This document shows positions 28,260 through 36,950 of a stretch of DNA of 64,000 nucleotides, in pieces. The stretch is from positions 7,061 to 71,060 of the forward strand of contig JAAYVC010000095.1 of NCBI GenBank assembly GCA_012517375.1. The letters are read 5' to 3'. Position numbers and translations under genes: made by a program. The stretch is from a bacterium. Its GTDB lineage: Bacteria > Hydrothermota > Tepidihabitantia > B3-TA06. The notes beneath the pieces are model-generated. The model had not been told where the DNA came from, made no database searches, and was given only the letters and a program-made list of their open reading frames with translations. Position 1 is the stretch's first letter. Every line of letters begins with the position of its first letter.

Positions 28260-29945
28260 CTACAACGCAATTATGTCAACGCGGCGATTCATATCCTGGC
28301 CAACTCTCGTACGATTATTGCCACGAGGTCTGGATTCTCCGAATCCAACAACACTGATTCGATCGGAAGATATGCCGTTTCCTACAAGAAAGGATTTAAC
28401 AGATTCAGCGCGTTTTACCGATACGTAATAATTTGATTCCGAATCGCCTACGCTGTCAGTATTTCCCTGAAGTTCAATCTTAACATACGGATTTGTTTTA
28501 AGGATATCGACAACCTGCTGCAGCATAGCATAGTTTTTTGGAGAAACAAACACTTCACCTCTGCCGAAATATACAACTGGAAAAACAAGTGGTTTTGGTT
28601 GAGGTCCTTCAGCAGATTTCTCAAGCCTGAAATCTACCACAAGTTCATCTGCTTCCTTAAGAAGCATACTCTTATGTGATTTTTTGTAGGCATTTGCTTC
28701 TACATTGACCTTATAGGTTCCGGCAGGCACTATTGCTCTATAATAACCAGATACAGGATCACTCTTAAAGGATGAAATAATTGTATCTGCGCTAATATTG
28801 ACAAACGAAAGTACCGCTGAAATCGGATCTCCATCAACTGCATCGGATACTACGCCTACAACTGTTGCTCCTGCTGAATATTTGGAAAGCTCTAGCATTA
28901 CCGTTCCGCCTTCGAGCTCAATTAATTCCGAGGCGGTCTTTGTTGCTAAATAATCTGGATGCTCTGCAAGCAATGTGTACTCTCCAGACGGTCTGGATAT
29001 CGTAAACCGGCCATCGGGACCTGTAGTATAAGGTTCTATATCAGAAGATCCTTCAATTGATATTTTTGCCCCTTCAATAGGCTTCTGAGTTTCTTTATCC
29101 ACAACAAGTCCGGATATCAGTCCTTCTTTAGATGGCATCAGATCAAAACCCAGTCCAAAGCCGGCTAGCGCATGCCAGCGGAAAGGCGTCTGCATAGGCT
29201 CAAGCTCAGCACCAAGATTGATATTGAACTTTACGACTCTTCCGCCAAAACCGAAGCGCAATCCAGGAGTTACTCTTAAATAATTTGCGAAATTTGCGAA
29301 ATCATTAGATGGAATCCTTGCAGTACCGTCAACTATTATTCCTGCGAACTTGAAAGGCCAAATCTCAAGTCCGGCTCCTCCAAGAACATTGCTAGTGGTT
29401 GTAGGTCCTGTTATGTATTCATATCCGCCATTTAGATGAATGCCAAACCAGGCGGCATTAAATGTAAACAATCCAAGGCCGCCAAAACCGTAACTTTGTG
29501 CAGGCGTTCCCAAGCCGTGCATGTACGCGAAACCGTCTATGCCCGGCGCGATATATAAGTTGTTGTTTTCATTGAAATATATAGGTATTCCGCCTTTGAC
29601 CGAAAGCCCGAGATCGTTGTAAAAATCAGAAACTGCCGAACTGTAATTTCCTATGGTTGCATATCGACCGTGCCCCCACAGACCAAACTCAAGGTAATGC
29701 CAGGGCGTAAAAGAAAGTCCAAAGTATGGCAGCACTTCTGTAAGTTGCGCAGTTACCGTATCATTGCCAATCACCGTATCCTGGATATTTATCATCGTTC
29801 CAAGGGCGTTCAAGTCGATGGTAAGCATACCCATATCTTCACAGCTGCCTGAGTAAACGTTGTAAGTTCCGCGATTACCGAGATTTGTGTTGTAAGCAAA
29901 AGCGGCGGTCAAAACCAAAAGTGCTGAAATTAAGACTTTCCTCAT
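28260..29945 (-). CDS. OmpA-family outer membrane protein with carboxypeptidase-regulatory-like domains.
   Basis: It has a signal peptide and CarbopepD_reg-like segments (GLVVDKETQKPIEGAKISIEG...PDGRF). The C-terminal OmpA peptidoglycan-binding domain reads ...LQGNTDSVGDSESNYYVSVKRAESVKSFL...NRRVDI. Confidence 0.8.
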   Translation of the reverse strand: MRKVLISALLVLTAAFAYNTNLGNRGTYNVYSGSCEDMGMLTIDLNALGTMINIQDTVIGNDTVTAQLTEVLPYFGLSFTPWHYLEFGLWGHGRYATIGNYSSAVSDFYNDLGLSVKGGIPIYFNENNNLYIAPGIDGFAYMHGLGTPAQSYGFGGLGLFTFNAAWFGIHLNGGYEYITGPTTTSNVLGGAGLEIWPFKFAGIIVDGTARIPSNDFANFANYLRVTPGLRFGFGGRVVKFNINLGAELEPMQTPFRWHALAGFGLGFDLMPSKEGLISGLVVDKETQKPIEGAKISIEGSSDIEPYTTGPDGRFTISRPSGEYTLLAEHPDYLATKTASELIELEGGTVMLELSKYSAGATVVGVVSDAVDGDPISAVLSFVNISADTIISSFKSDPVSGYYRAIVPAGTYKVNVEANAYKKSHKSMLLKEADELVVDFRLEKSAEGPQPKPLVFPVVYFGRGEVFVSPKNYAMLQQVVDILKTNPYVKIELQGNTDSVGDSESNYYVSVKRAESVKSFLVGNGISSDRISVVGFGESRPRGNNRTRVGQDMNRRVDIIAL

Positions 29946-29982
29946 GTAAAGCCTCCTTTAAAAGATTTCCACATTCAAAAAG

Positions 29983-30034
29983 CAGAAATACATTTCTGCG
30001 TGTAATATTTTACAATAGAACTAAGGATTTGTCA
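29983..30034 (-). promoter_or_regulatory. Sigma70 promoter (TTGACA-N17-TAAAAT) for the OmpA-family gene, with a perfect 7-bp inverted repeat CAGAAAT-ac-ATTTCTG over the transcript start.
   Basis: The reverse strand reads gggacTTGACAaatccttagttctattgTAAAATattacacgCAGAAATgtATTTCTGc...AGGAGGctttacATG. Confidence 0.55.
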
Positions 30035-30312
30035 AGTCCCTTTAGACCTGAACTTAACTAACAAAAAATGAGCTCGTCAAGGCGCTGTAAATGCATGCTC
30101 GTCTTACTGGCTGTAAGATATTCCTTGCTTAAACTTATGATGAGTATGTTTTTACAACCTCTCGAATCCGCTATAAAGTTATCCACAATCCACAATTCAA
30201 GGAATAAGGCAGGCATAAGTGCAGTGATTCATTAATCCTGACTCGGTTTGTGGCACGCTTTCCGCTCGCCGTAGCACGCTTGAGGTCAGGTTTTATGGAC
30301 AAATACTCCCCA

Positions 30313-30356
30313 AAAGCTGGTCAAAAGATGGTCAGAAGATGGTCAAATGATGGTCA
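30313..30356 (+). repeat. Four tandem copies of the 11-bp direct repeat RAWGMTGGTCA.
   Basis: The copies are AAAGCTGGTCA AAAGATGGTCA GAAGATGGTCA AATGATGGTCA. The same unit recurs at 53412-53444 and 53542-53607. Confidence 0.9.
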
Positions 30357-30748
30357 ATTTCGAGGGTGTTGGGTGCTCAGGTATTGTTTTAAGACCCGAT
30401 CCACTGAGTGAAAGCCGACCCTATTTCTTTGTAGAGATTAAGCAGGTCGGTTTACCTTGTGCTCTTGAGCTTTTCCTTAGTCTTGGGTTCGGACAGGCCT
30501 TGTGGGAACTCAGGAGGATAATAAATAGCAATAGCCATATCTGCGCTTAATTGCTCTATTCTTTTCTTAGCATCGGCTTCGGCATCTTGCTTGGAGTAGG
30601 AACCCTCAAGAACAACGGCAAGACCTTGATAGGAAACAAGGACATCCTGTCTTCCCTTTTTCCCTATTAGTTCGGCTCTTGAGATAATGCCTGTTTGGTG
30701 AAGTAACTCTGACAGGTAAACGTTTAGAATACTCTCATAAACAAACTT

Positions 30749-32974
30749 CTACTTCAGTATCACGAACTTGACGCGCTCGGAGCGCGCGGCAAAGCGCACG
30801 ACCGCTATGTAGAGCCCGGCTGAAAGGTTCTGCACCCCGAGCTCCGCCTGTTTTACGCCCTGTATGGTTCGGAACCCGGACGAGGGAATCTCCGCAACCC
30901 TCTCCCCTGCCAGGGTGTAGATGACAACGCTTTGCGCGTCGTCGAGCGGCGTAAAGCGCACGGGCAGTCCAAGCGACGCATAGCAAGGATTAGGGTATAC
31001 GGATATTTTTTCAGACGTTGTGTCGGTGTATTTGGGCATGGTGAAGAGTGACACCCCTCCCCCTGCAGTGCCTATTGCAACACGTCCGGTGCGGTCCGCC
31101 GAGAGCGTCGTGTAGTCGAATCCCGGCATGATGGAGCTGTTGGATGTCGTGAAAATCTGCCACAGCCCTGCGGAGGTGTCGTATGCAGCGCCTGCCGGAT
31201 CGTGCACCAGCAAGCCTTTGTGCTTCATGAGGAAGTACAGTCTGCCCCAGGGATCCCGGTCCACGTCGACAATATCGTTCTCCATCATCGAAAGGTTGTT
31301 CTGGTTGTAGCGGGTTGTTGAGTTCTGGGTCCAGTGGAACACTCCCTCATTGGTTGCGCCCCAGCATCCGCCCCGGCCGTCCAGAGCTATGCCCGTAACC
31401 TTGGAGTTCGTAAGAAGACGCTCGCTGAACTCGCCGTGCTCGAGGTCGGAGACGAAGTCCTGCGGCTTGTATGAGATAAGTCCTGCGCTTGTCGCGGCCC
31501 AGAGCGTGCTGGAGTCGAACTTAAGGTCCCAGACATAGTCGTAGGGCCAGTCCAGGACCGCAATCTCTTCGAGGTCATCTGATAGGACGCGCAGCTGGTT
31601 CGAGTAGAATATGGAGACCCAGATCCTGTCCAGAGGGTCAACCGCCAGCCATGAAACCCTGTTCGACACGGGCGAAGCGCCCCATGAGTGCTCCTCCCAT
31701 GCGCCCGCGACCGGATCGAATCTTGTAACGCCTCTGCCGCCCCACCATCCTCCGAAAACAACTCTTCCCTTTGAATCAACGGCAGTGATCTTGGTGGATG
31801 CGTCGAAATCTACGGTATCATTCTCCGTATAAGCCCTGTAAATGAAGTTCTCCCAATGCCCATCGTGATATCGTGTGACGCCTCGTTCATTATAAGCAAA
31901 CCAGTGCGCGGTCCAGAGGTTCTGATTATCATCAAGAAGCGCGTGGAATATGTAGTTCGAATTAAGCCCAGGATTGTCTACAACCTTGACGCGATTCTTC
32001 TTCACGTCCCAGACAACCAGGCCGTCTCCTGCGAACTCACCTGATGCTCCCGCCCATACTCTTCCCGAAGCGTCCGTCCTTACGCAGGAAATCGTCCTCA
32101 TCCAGTGAGGGGCTGTGCCCGCAGATGCGTTTATCCAAAACCCGATAGTATCAAGCGTATCGAGAGATTCTACGTATCTGAACAGACTCTTGTAAGTCCC
32201 TGAAATTCCGAGCGTGGAAACGTAAAAAGTGTCTCCTGCCTCTGCGATAGAAGTGAACTGGGGCAGGGGGTCCTGAAAGGCATAAACAGTCTTGAAGAAG
32301 CCGGAATCCGCATCGTATCTGGCAAACCCTTTCGAACACAGCGCAACCATGGATTCTTCGATGCATACGTCTGCAACGTCGGAGGATGGAAGCCCTTTTG
32401 AAATCGCATACCACTGAGTTGAGTCTCCATTAAGATAGTAGCGCAACAAACCTATGGATGTCGCCATCCATAAATCCCCCATGAACCATGCGGCCTTTCG
32501 AATCGAATACTCTTGAGAGTTCTCAGGAGTAAAAAAGAATACATCGTCATCTTCAAAGCTGCCGGGTGTATTCATCGTTCGTATGATATAGATCCCTGTC
32601 TTTGTCACCACTGCAAGCGTATCTCCGGACAAGGCAAGAGAGAAAACAGTATCAGAAATACCCTGGTAGCGCCTGGCCGCGCCCGAAGAAGGCACGATAA
32701 GGGCCAGCCCAAGATCGGTTCCGGCCCAGAGTTCACCCGTTTGAGTAATGGCAATAGCCCTCGATGTGTTGTGAGGCAAACCGTCCGTGTTTCTGAACGA
32801 GAGCGTAAATGAAGAGTCCTCCAGCGAAAAGAAATGGACTCCGCCGTTAGTCGCGCACCATGCGCCTTCGTCCGAGGGCGCGATGTCGTAAATCCTGTTG
32901 GAGTTCAAAAGACTTGTCCATTCTCCGGCCTTTATGCTTGAGAAAAAAAGGATTGCTGTAAAAAAAGCTGTCAT
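30749..32974 (-). CDS. Secreted beta-propeller protein (two-component-regulator-propeller-like repeats) with a T9SS-type C-terminal sorting domain.
   Basis: It has a signal peptide and repeated ...GGV/GL..F...W.. propeller-like blocks. The C-terminus is AGLYIAVVRFAARSERVKFVILK. GC is about 60%. Confidence 0.6.
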   Translation of the reverse strand: MTAFFTAILFFSSIKAGEWTSLLNSNRIYDIAPSDEGAWCATNGGVHFFSLEDSSFTLSFRNTDGLPHNTSRAIAITQTGELWAGTDLGLALIVPSSGAARRYQGISDTVFSLALSGDTLAVVTKTGIYIIRTMNTPGSFEDDDVFFFTPENSQEYSIRKAAWFMGDLWMATSIGLLRYYLNGDSTQWYAISKGLPSSDVADVCIEESMVALCSKGFARYDADSGFFKTVYAFQDPLPQFTSIAEAGDTFYVSTLGISGTYKSLFRYVESLDTLDTIGFWINASAGTAPHWMRTISCVRTDASGRVWAGASGEFAGDGLVVWDVKKNRVKVVDNPGLNSNYIFHALLDDNQNLWTAHWFAYNERGVTRYHDGHWENFIYRAYTENDTVDFDASTKITAVDSKGRVVFGGWWGGRGVTRFDPVAGAWEEHSWGASPVSNRVSWLAVDPLDRIWVSIFYSNQLRVLSDDLEEIAVLDWPYDYVWDLKFDSSTLWAATSAGLISYKPQDFVSDLEHGEFSERLLTNSKVTGIALDGRGGCWGATNEGVFHWTQNSTTRYNQNNLSMMENDIVDVDRDPWGRLYFLMKHKGLLVHDPAGAAYDTSAGLWQIFTTSNSSIMPGFDYTTLSADRTGRVAIGTAGGGVSLFTMPKYTDTTSEKISVYPNPCYASLGLPVRFTPLDDAQSVVIYTLAGERVAEIPSSGFRTIQGVKQAELGVQNLSAGLYIAVVRFAARSERVKFVILK

Positions 32975-32993
32975 CTGTCCCCCTTATATTTGT

Positions 32994-35900
32994 TTATTTT
33001 AATTCATCCAACGCTTCCTGCGCCCGCATCCCGAAGGGGTCGTTGATGCCGCGCGAAGCGATGATGGCCTCGAAAATAACCCTTGCATCCTCAAGACGCT
33101 CGAGCTGAACGTAGCCCGAACCGGCCTGGAACCAGCTCTCGAGTCCCCACTGATCCTGCGGGAATTCATCGTGACATTTAAGGAACAGGGAGACCGCCTT
33201 CTCGGTATGCTCAGGGTCTGCAAAAGCGGCGTACGAACGGGCAGTCCAGTAAAGGAGCCTTGCTCTGTCCTTCGTGACGAGCGGAGTGGCCTTCTCGAAG
33301 TACGTGACCGCCTGCGAAAACTTGTACGCATTGTATGCCGTTATGCCTAGTTCGGTGTAAAGATCGCCGCGCTCCTCGGGAGAGCTGGATTCGTTCACAA
33401 GGGTTTCAAAATACTCGAAGGCTTTGTTGTATTCCTCCTTGTTCCTTGCAATAACGGCAAGATTGCGAAGAGCTGAGGAACGAAGATCAGGGTCCGCGAG
33501 AGCGTCGGAATAATGCAGGGCGGCGCTGTCAAGCTCCTGGATCATGTAGAAGAGCGTTCCCAGCTTGAAGTGAACGGCGGGTACAAGCTGGCTGCGCGGA
33601 AAGGCTTCGAGGAACGCCTTGAAATTCTCGAGGGCTTCCTCCTGCCTGCCGGCTTTTGCCGCAGTCAATCCTTTATAGTAGATGTAGTTCTCGTTGCGCA
33701 TGAGCGAACGAACGTTCGAAAGGGACGAAAGTACCTTGTCCGCTTCGTCAACACTTCCCGCGTTGAGAAGATAGCCAACCTTTTCAAGAAGCAGTGCGGA
33801 CTGGTCTCCTGGACTCAGCAGATCGAGCCTCATCCACAACGAATCCGCTTCCTTCAGTTCGCCGGAGCGGTAGAGCGCCGTCACGAGTTTGGATAGAACG
33901 AGCGTATCCGTAGGGTTGGCCGCATAGAGTTTTCGCAAGGTTGCGACGGCGTTTGAGTCCTCGCCGCCGGCAAGCTGGTGCTGAGCGACCAGGAAGTCGG
34001 CCTTTGATACAAGACTCGAATCCCTGCCTTCACTGACCAGACGTTCAAGCAGATGCCTTCCGAGTCTGTTGTGATCAACGAGGCTTAATCCGACTCCGGA
34101 CCAGTAAAGATATGGGTCCTTGAGCGCAGCGGGCCTCTGATGCATCAAGCTTTTGACATCGTCGACCTTTGCAAGCTGGCTCTCGACTTTCGCGACCTTA
34201 ATCCAGAACGAGATTTCGTCCTGGTACTCCGAATCCTCGAGAGCGCGTGCAAACTCATCCAGTTCGTTGTACTGCCTCAGCTTGAATATGAGTCCGAGCG
34301 CTTTGTGCCAGATATCCCGCGGTATCACGCCGAGCTCGACTGCCATGTTTCTGTAAAGCGAAAGCGCCTCAAGATTGCGTCCTCGAGACTCCTCTATCTC
34401 GGCCAGATTCTTTAATGCAAGATAATAGACAGTATCGTGGGGAGATATTGAAAGTATAAGGTTGAACTTCGCCGACGCGTCGCTTGTATCAGCCTCAAGC
34501 AGCGCCAGCTCCGCTAGCTCGTACAGCACGGGAAGATTGTAGGAGCTCTTCGGTTTTGTCAGATAAAGATTCTCCCACTCGCTTCGGGCCGCAACAGTAT
34601 CGCCAAGAGAAAGCTGGACACCGCCCAGAAGGAAACGGATTTCATCCGAGTAGCGGCCTTCGGGAAAGTGGTCGAGATAGTTGAGCGCCCTCTCCATCTT
34701 CTTCAGGGGATCCCTTAGTTCTATGAGGAAGAGACGGTACAGAGCGTCCTCGACGAGAGCGTCCTCAGGAAACTGCCAGTATAGATTCTCGTATCTCTCC
34801 CTTGCCTTGTCAAGCAATCTAACCTTGCCATCCTTCAGGTAAAGGCGCTCATAGGACAAGGCGGAGTAGTAAAACGCCTGAGGAGTCGCAACGGTATCAA
34901 GGAAGGAGATTGCGCCCTCGTAATCCTTCGCATCCTCGAAAAGAATCTTGCCCTTCTCCGAAGAGGTCGTTGCCCTTACCAGTTTTTTTAAGGCGGCATC
35001 GGCGTCTTTGAATTCAAAGTATTTAATGATGTCAGCTTCCCTCTGAACCTCGGAGCGGTTTACCGAATAAGGCGCCCTTTTAAGGAAATCGCTATAATAA
35101 TCGAGCGCTTCCTTGGGAAGTCCTCGCGAGTTTGCAAACCTTGCCCTTCTTAAGATGTCCTCTACCCTTTCGAATTTCGACAGAGAAAGAAGTCTATCGT
35201 ACGTCTGGAAATCTTTCTTTTCGCTGAGTGCATCCAGCACTTTTTCGAATTCATCCCATGTCTTGAAGCTGGCGTCTGTCAAAGCCCGTGCATCGTATTC
35301 GAGTCCCGATAGTATTCTTGCCTTCGCCTCGAGGGCGCGATCGGATTGAGTGAAGGAAAGCTTCTTTCGAGCATCGTCGTAAGCCTTAAGGGCTTTTGGC
35401 GTATTGCCCAGAAGCGAATAGGAAGAAGCAAGGGGAAGCAGGGCATCGTAATAATGCTGTTTTGAAGCCGATTCAAAGTACTCGACCGCATCCTCGTAGA
35501 GAGAGAAACTCTCGAAAAGTTTACCCAAGGCGTATGCCTGCGCCGGGTTGATTGTCGACGGCTCGCCCATTGCAAGACCCGCCTCCATTGAAGAAAGGCT
35601 GTCTGCCCTTGCAAGGGTTGCATCTATCTGAAGCGAAGCAACAGTTGCCGCAACCTGCGGATAGGTTTTTTCAAGATCGGCAAGATACGGTCTCAGGAGA
35701 TCTTGTCTTCCTGCGGCAAGAAGCATCTTTGCACCCATGAGCCGCAGATCAGGGTCGTCAATGGTCATATAGACATCGCGCGCGCGCTCGTACTCCTTTG
35801 CCTCCTCGAGTTTCATTGCGAGGCGAAGCTTCACGTCCTTCGCAGGTTCAAGACGCGGATATTTCATGAATAGTTCGTAGGATTTTGCGAGCTGCCCCAA

Positions 35901-36188
35901 TTCAAGGGATGAGATTACGCATCTTTCAAGAGCGTAAGGGTCAGGGTCGGAAGATTCGGCAAGATGGCGCTCAAGGTAGCGCAGGGCCTTGTCGTATCTC
36001 GAAAGCGCGAATGCGGACTGTCCGGCGATAAGAAGCGCGCTGTCCTGTGCCTCGAAACCGGGTTCAAGCAGAAGCTGTTCCATCGCGTAGAGCGCGGGTC
36101 CGTAAAGCCCGTTGCGGTAAGCCTCAACCGCCTGATCGAAATCCTCCCTGGGAGTGGAGAAAAGAAAAACGAGAAGCACAGAAAACAT
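32994..36188 (-). CDS. Large tetratricopeptide-repeat (TPR) protein, secreted or periplasmic.
   Basis: It is 1064 aa with a signal peptide. It has pervasive TPR-like A/Y/L periodicity (ALRYLER..., AIEYFE..., AVTYFEKA...). Confidence 0.7.
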   Translation of the reverse strand: MFSVLLVFLFSTPREDFDQAVEAYRNGLYGPALYAMEQLLLEPGFEAQDSALLIAGQSAFALSRYDKALRYLERHLAESSDPDPYALERCVISSLELGQLAKSYELFMKYPRLEPAKDVKLRLAMKLEEAKEYERARDVYMTIDDPDLRLMGAKMLLAAGRQDLLRPYLADLEKTYPQVAATVASLQIDATLARADSLSSMEAGLAMGEPSTINPAQAYALGKLFESFSLYEDAVEYFESASKQHYYDALLPLASSYSLLGNTPKALKAYDDARKKLSFTQSDRALEAKARILSGLEYDARALTDASFKTWDEFEKVLDALSEKKDFQTYDRLLSLSKFERVEDILRRARFANSRGLPKEALDYYSDFLKRAPYSVNRSEVQREADIIKYFEFKDADAALKKLVRATTSSEKGKILFEDAKDYEGAISFLDTVATPQAFYYSALSYERLYLKDGKVRLLDKARERYENLYWQFPEDALVEDALYRLFLIELRDPLKKMERALNYLDHFPEGRYSDEIRFLLGGVQLSLGDTVAARSEWENLYLTKPKSSYNLPVLYELAELALLEADTSDASAKFNLILSISPHDTVYYLALKNLAEIEESRGRNLEALSLYRNMAVELGVIPRDIWHKALGLIFKLRQYNELDEFARALEDSEYQDEISFWIKVAKVESQLAKVDDVKSLMHQRPAALKDPYLYWSGVGLSLVDHNRLGRHLLERLVSEGRDSSLVSKADFLVAQHQLAGGEDSNAVATLRKLYAANPTDTLVLSKLVTALYRSGELKEADSLWMRLDLLSPGDQSALLLEKVGYLLNAGSVDEADKVLSSLSNVRSLMRNENYIYYKGLTAAKAGRQEEALENFKAFLEAFPRSQLVPAVHFKLGTLFYMIQELDSAALHYSDALADPDLRSSALRNLAVIARNKEEYNKAFEYFETLVNESSSPEERGDLYTELGITAYNAYKFSQAVTYFEKATPLVTKDRARLLYWTARSYAAFADPEHTEKAVSLFLKCHDEFPQDQWGLESWFQAGSGYVQLERLEDARVIFEAIIASRGINDPFGMRAQEALDELK

Positions 36189-36197
36189 CTTGACCCG

Positions 36198-36944
36198 CTA
36201 CATGAGCATTCCGCCGTCCACCCTGATCACCTGACCGGTGATGTAGGAGGCGTCATCCGAACAAAGGAACTTGACGACCTTTGCAACGTCTTCCGGGGTG
36301 CCCGGCCGCTTCAGGGGAATCTGTTTGAGGAAGTATTCCTTGACCTCATCGGGCAGGACTTCCGTCATTGGCGTCTGGATATACCCTGGCGCCACGCAGT
36401 TTACCGTTATGTTTCTCGAGCCCAGCTCGCGTGCAAGAGTCATTGAAAAGCCAATTAGGCCCGCCTTGGATGCCGAGTAGTTTGCCTGGCCTACGTTTCC
36501 CATCTGCCCGACTACCGAACTCATATTGATTATACGGCCCCAGCGCTCCTTCATCATCGACTTGACGAAAGCCTTTGATACATTGAATGCGCCAGTGAGA
36601 TTGACCTTAAGCACCGTTTCCCAGGTATTTGAGTCCATGCGGATGAACAGCGTGTCGCGCGTTATCCCGGCGTTGTTTATTACTATGCTGACAGTGCCCT
36701 GCTCCTGCTCTATTCGCAAGGCAAGCTCATTCATCGCATCGAGAGATGTAACGTCGGCTTTGTAAAAAAAAGCCTCTCCTCCAGCGTCTTCGACGAGTTT
36801 CTTTGTTTCTTTGAGTCCTTCCTCGTTAACATCCAGAAGAATCTCGCGGTAAGTGCCTGCCAGTTCCAACGCTATTGACCTGCCTATTCCTGCTGCCGCA
36901 CCTGTTATCAATGCCCTTTTGGTTTCATTCACAATTTCCTCCAA
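36198..36944 (-). CDS. fabG: 3-oxoacyl-[ACP] reductase (SDR family).
   Basis: It has TGAAAGIGRSIA, NNAGITRD and YSASKAG catalytic-tetrad motifs. It is 248 aa. Confidence 0.85.
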   Translation of the reverse strand: MEEIVNETKRALITGAAAGIGRSIALELAGTYREILLDVNEEGLKETKKLVEDAGGEAFFYKADVTSLDAMNELALRIEQEQGTVSIVINNAGITRDTLFIRMDSNTWETVLKVNLTGAFNVSKAFVKSMMKERWGRIINMSSVVGQMGNVGQANYSASKAGLIGFSMTLARELGSRNITVNCVAPGYIQTPMTEVLPDEVKEYFLKQIPLKRPGTPEDVAKVVKFLCSDDASYITGQVIRVDGGMLM

Positions 36945-36950
36945 ACTGTA

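Noticed and set aside
30176-30192. A perfect DnaA-box TTATCCACA, followed by ATCCACA, in the long intergenic region. I considered oriC.
   Set aside because: There are only one or two boxes. No dnaA, dnaN or gidA is nearby. There is no obvious AT-rich unwinding element with further boxes. parAB lies about 13 kb away next to hisS, not in an origin-type neighbourhood.
30249-30265. A sigma54-like motif TGGCACG-N4-CCGC.
   Set aside because: The -12 element is a poor match (CCGC versus TTGC). No downstream plus-strand gene exists.
30313-30356. Tandem short repeats considered as a CRISPR array.
   Set aside because: The unit is only 11 bp with no spacers, and no cas genes are present. The arrays are not CRISPR-like.
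30749-30751. Programmed TAG read-through or stop-codon reassignment, extending the propeller protein into the in-frame downstream ORF.
   Set aside because: TAG is used as an ordinary stop by several well-supported genes in the window (ftsK, lplA, the 331-aa gene). A T9SS C-terminal domain must be C-terminal. A gene remnant is the more probable explanation.
31128-36446. Many 60-160-aa ORFs on both strands inside the propeller, TPR and FabG genes (e.g. 31387..31779, 33513..33896, 35964..36446).
   Set aside because: They are nested in or antisense to long, well-supported genes in a 58-60% GC region. Their composition is biased and they have no independent signals.
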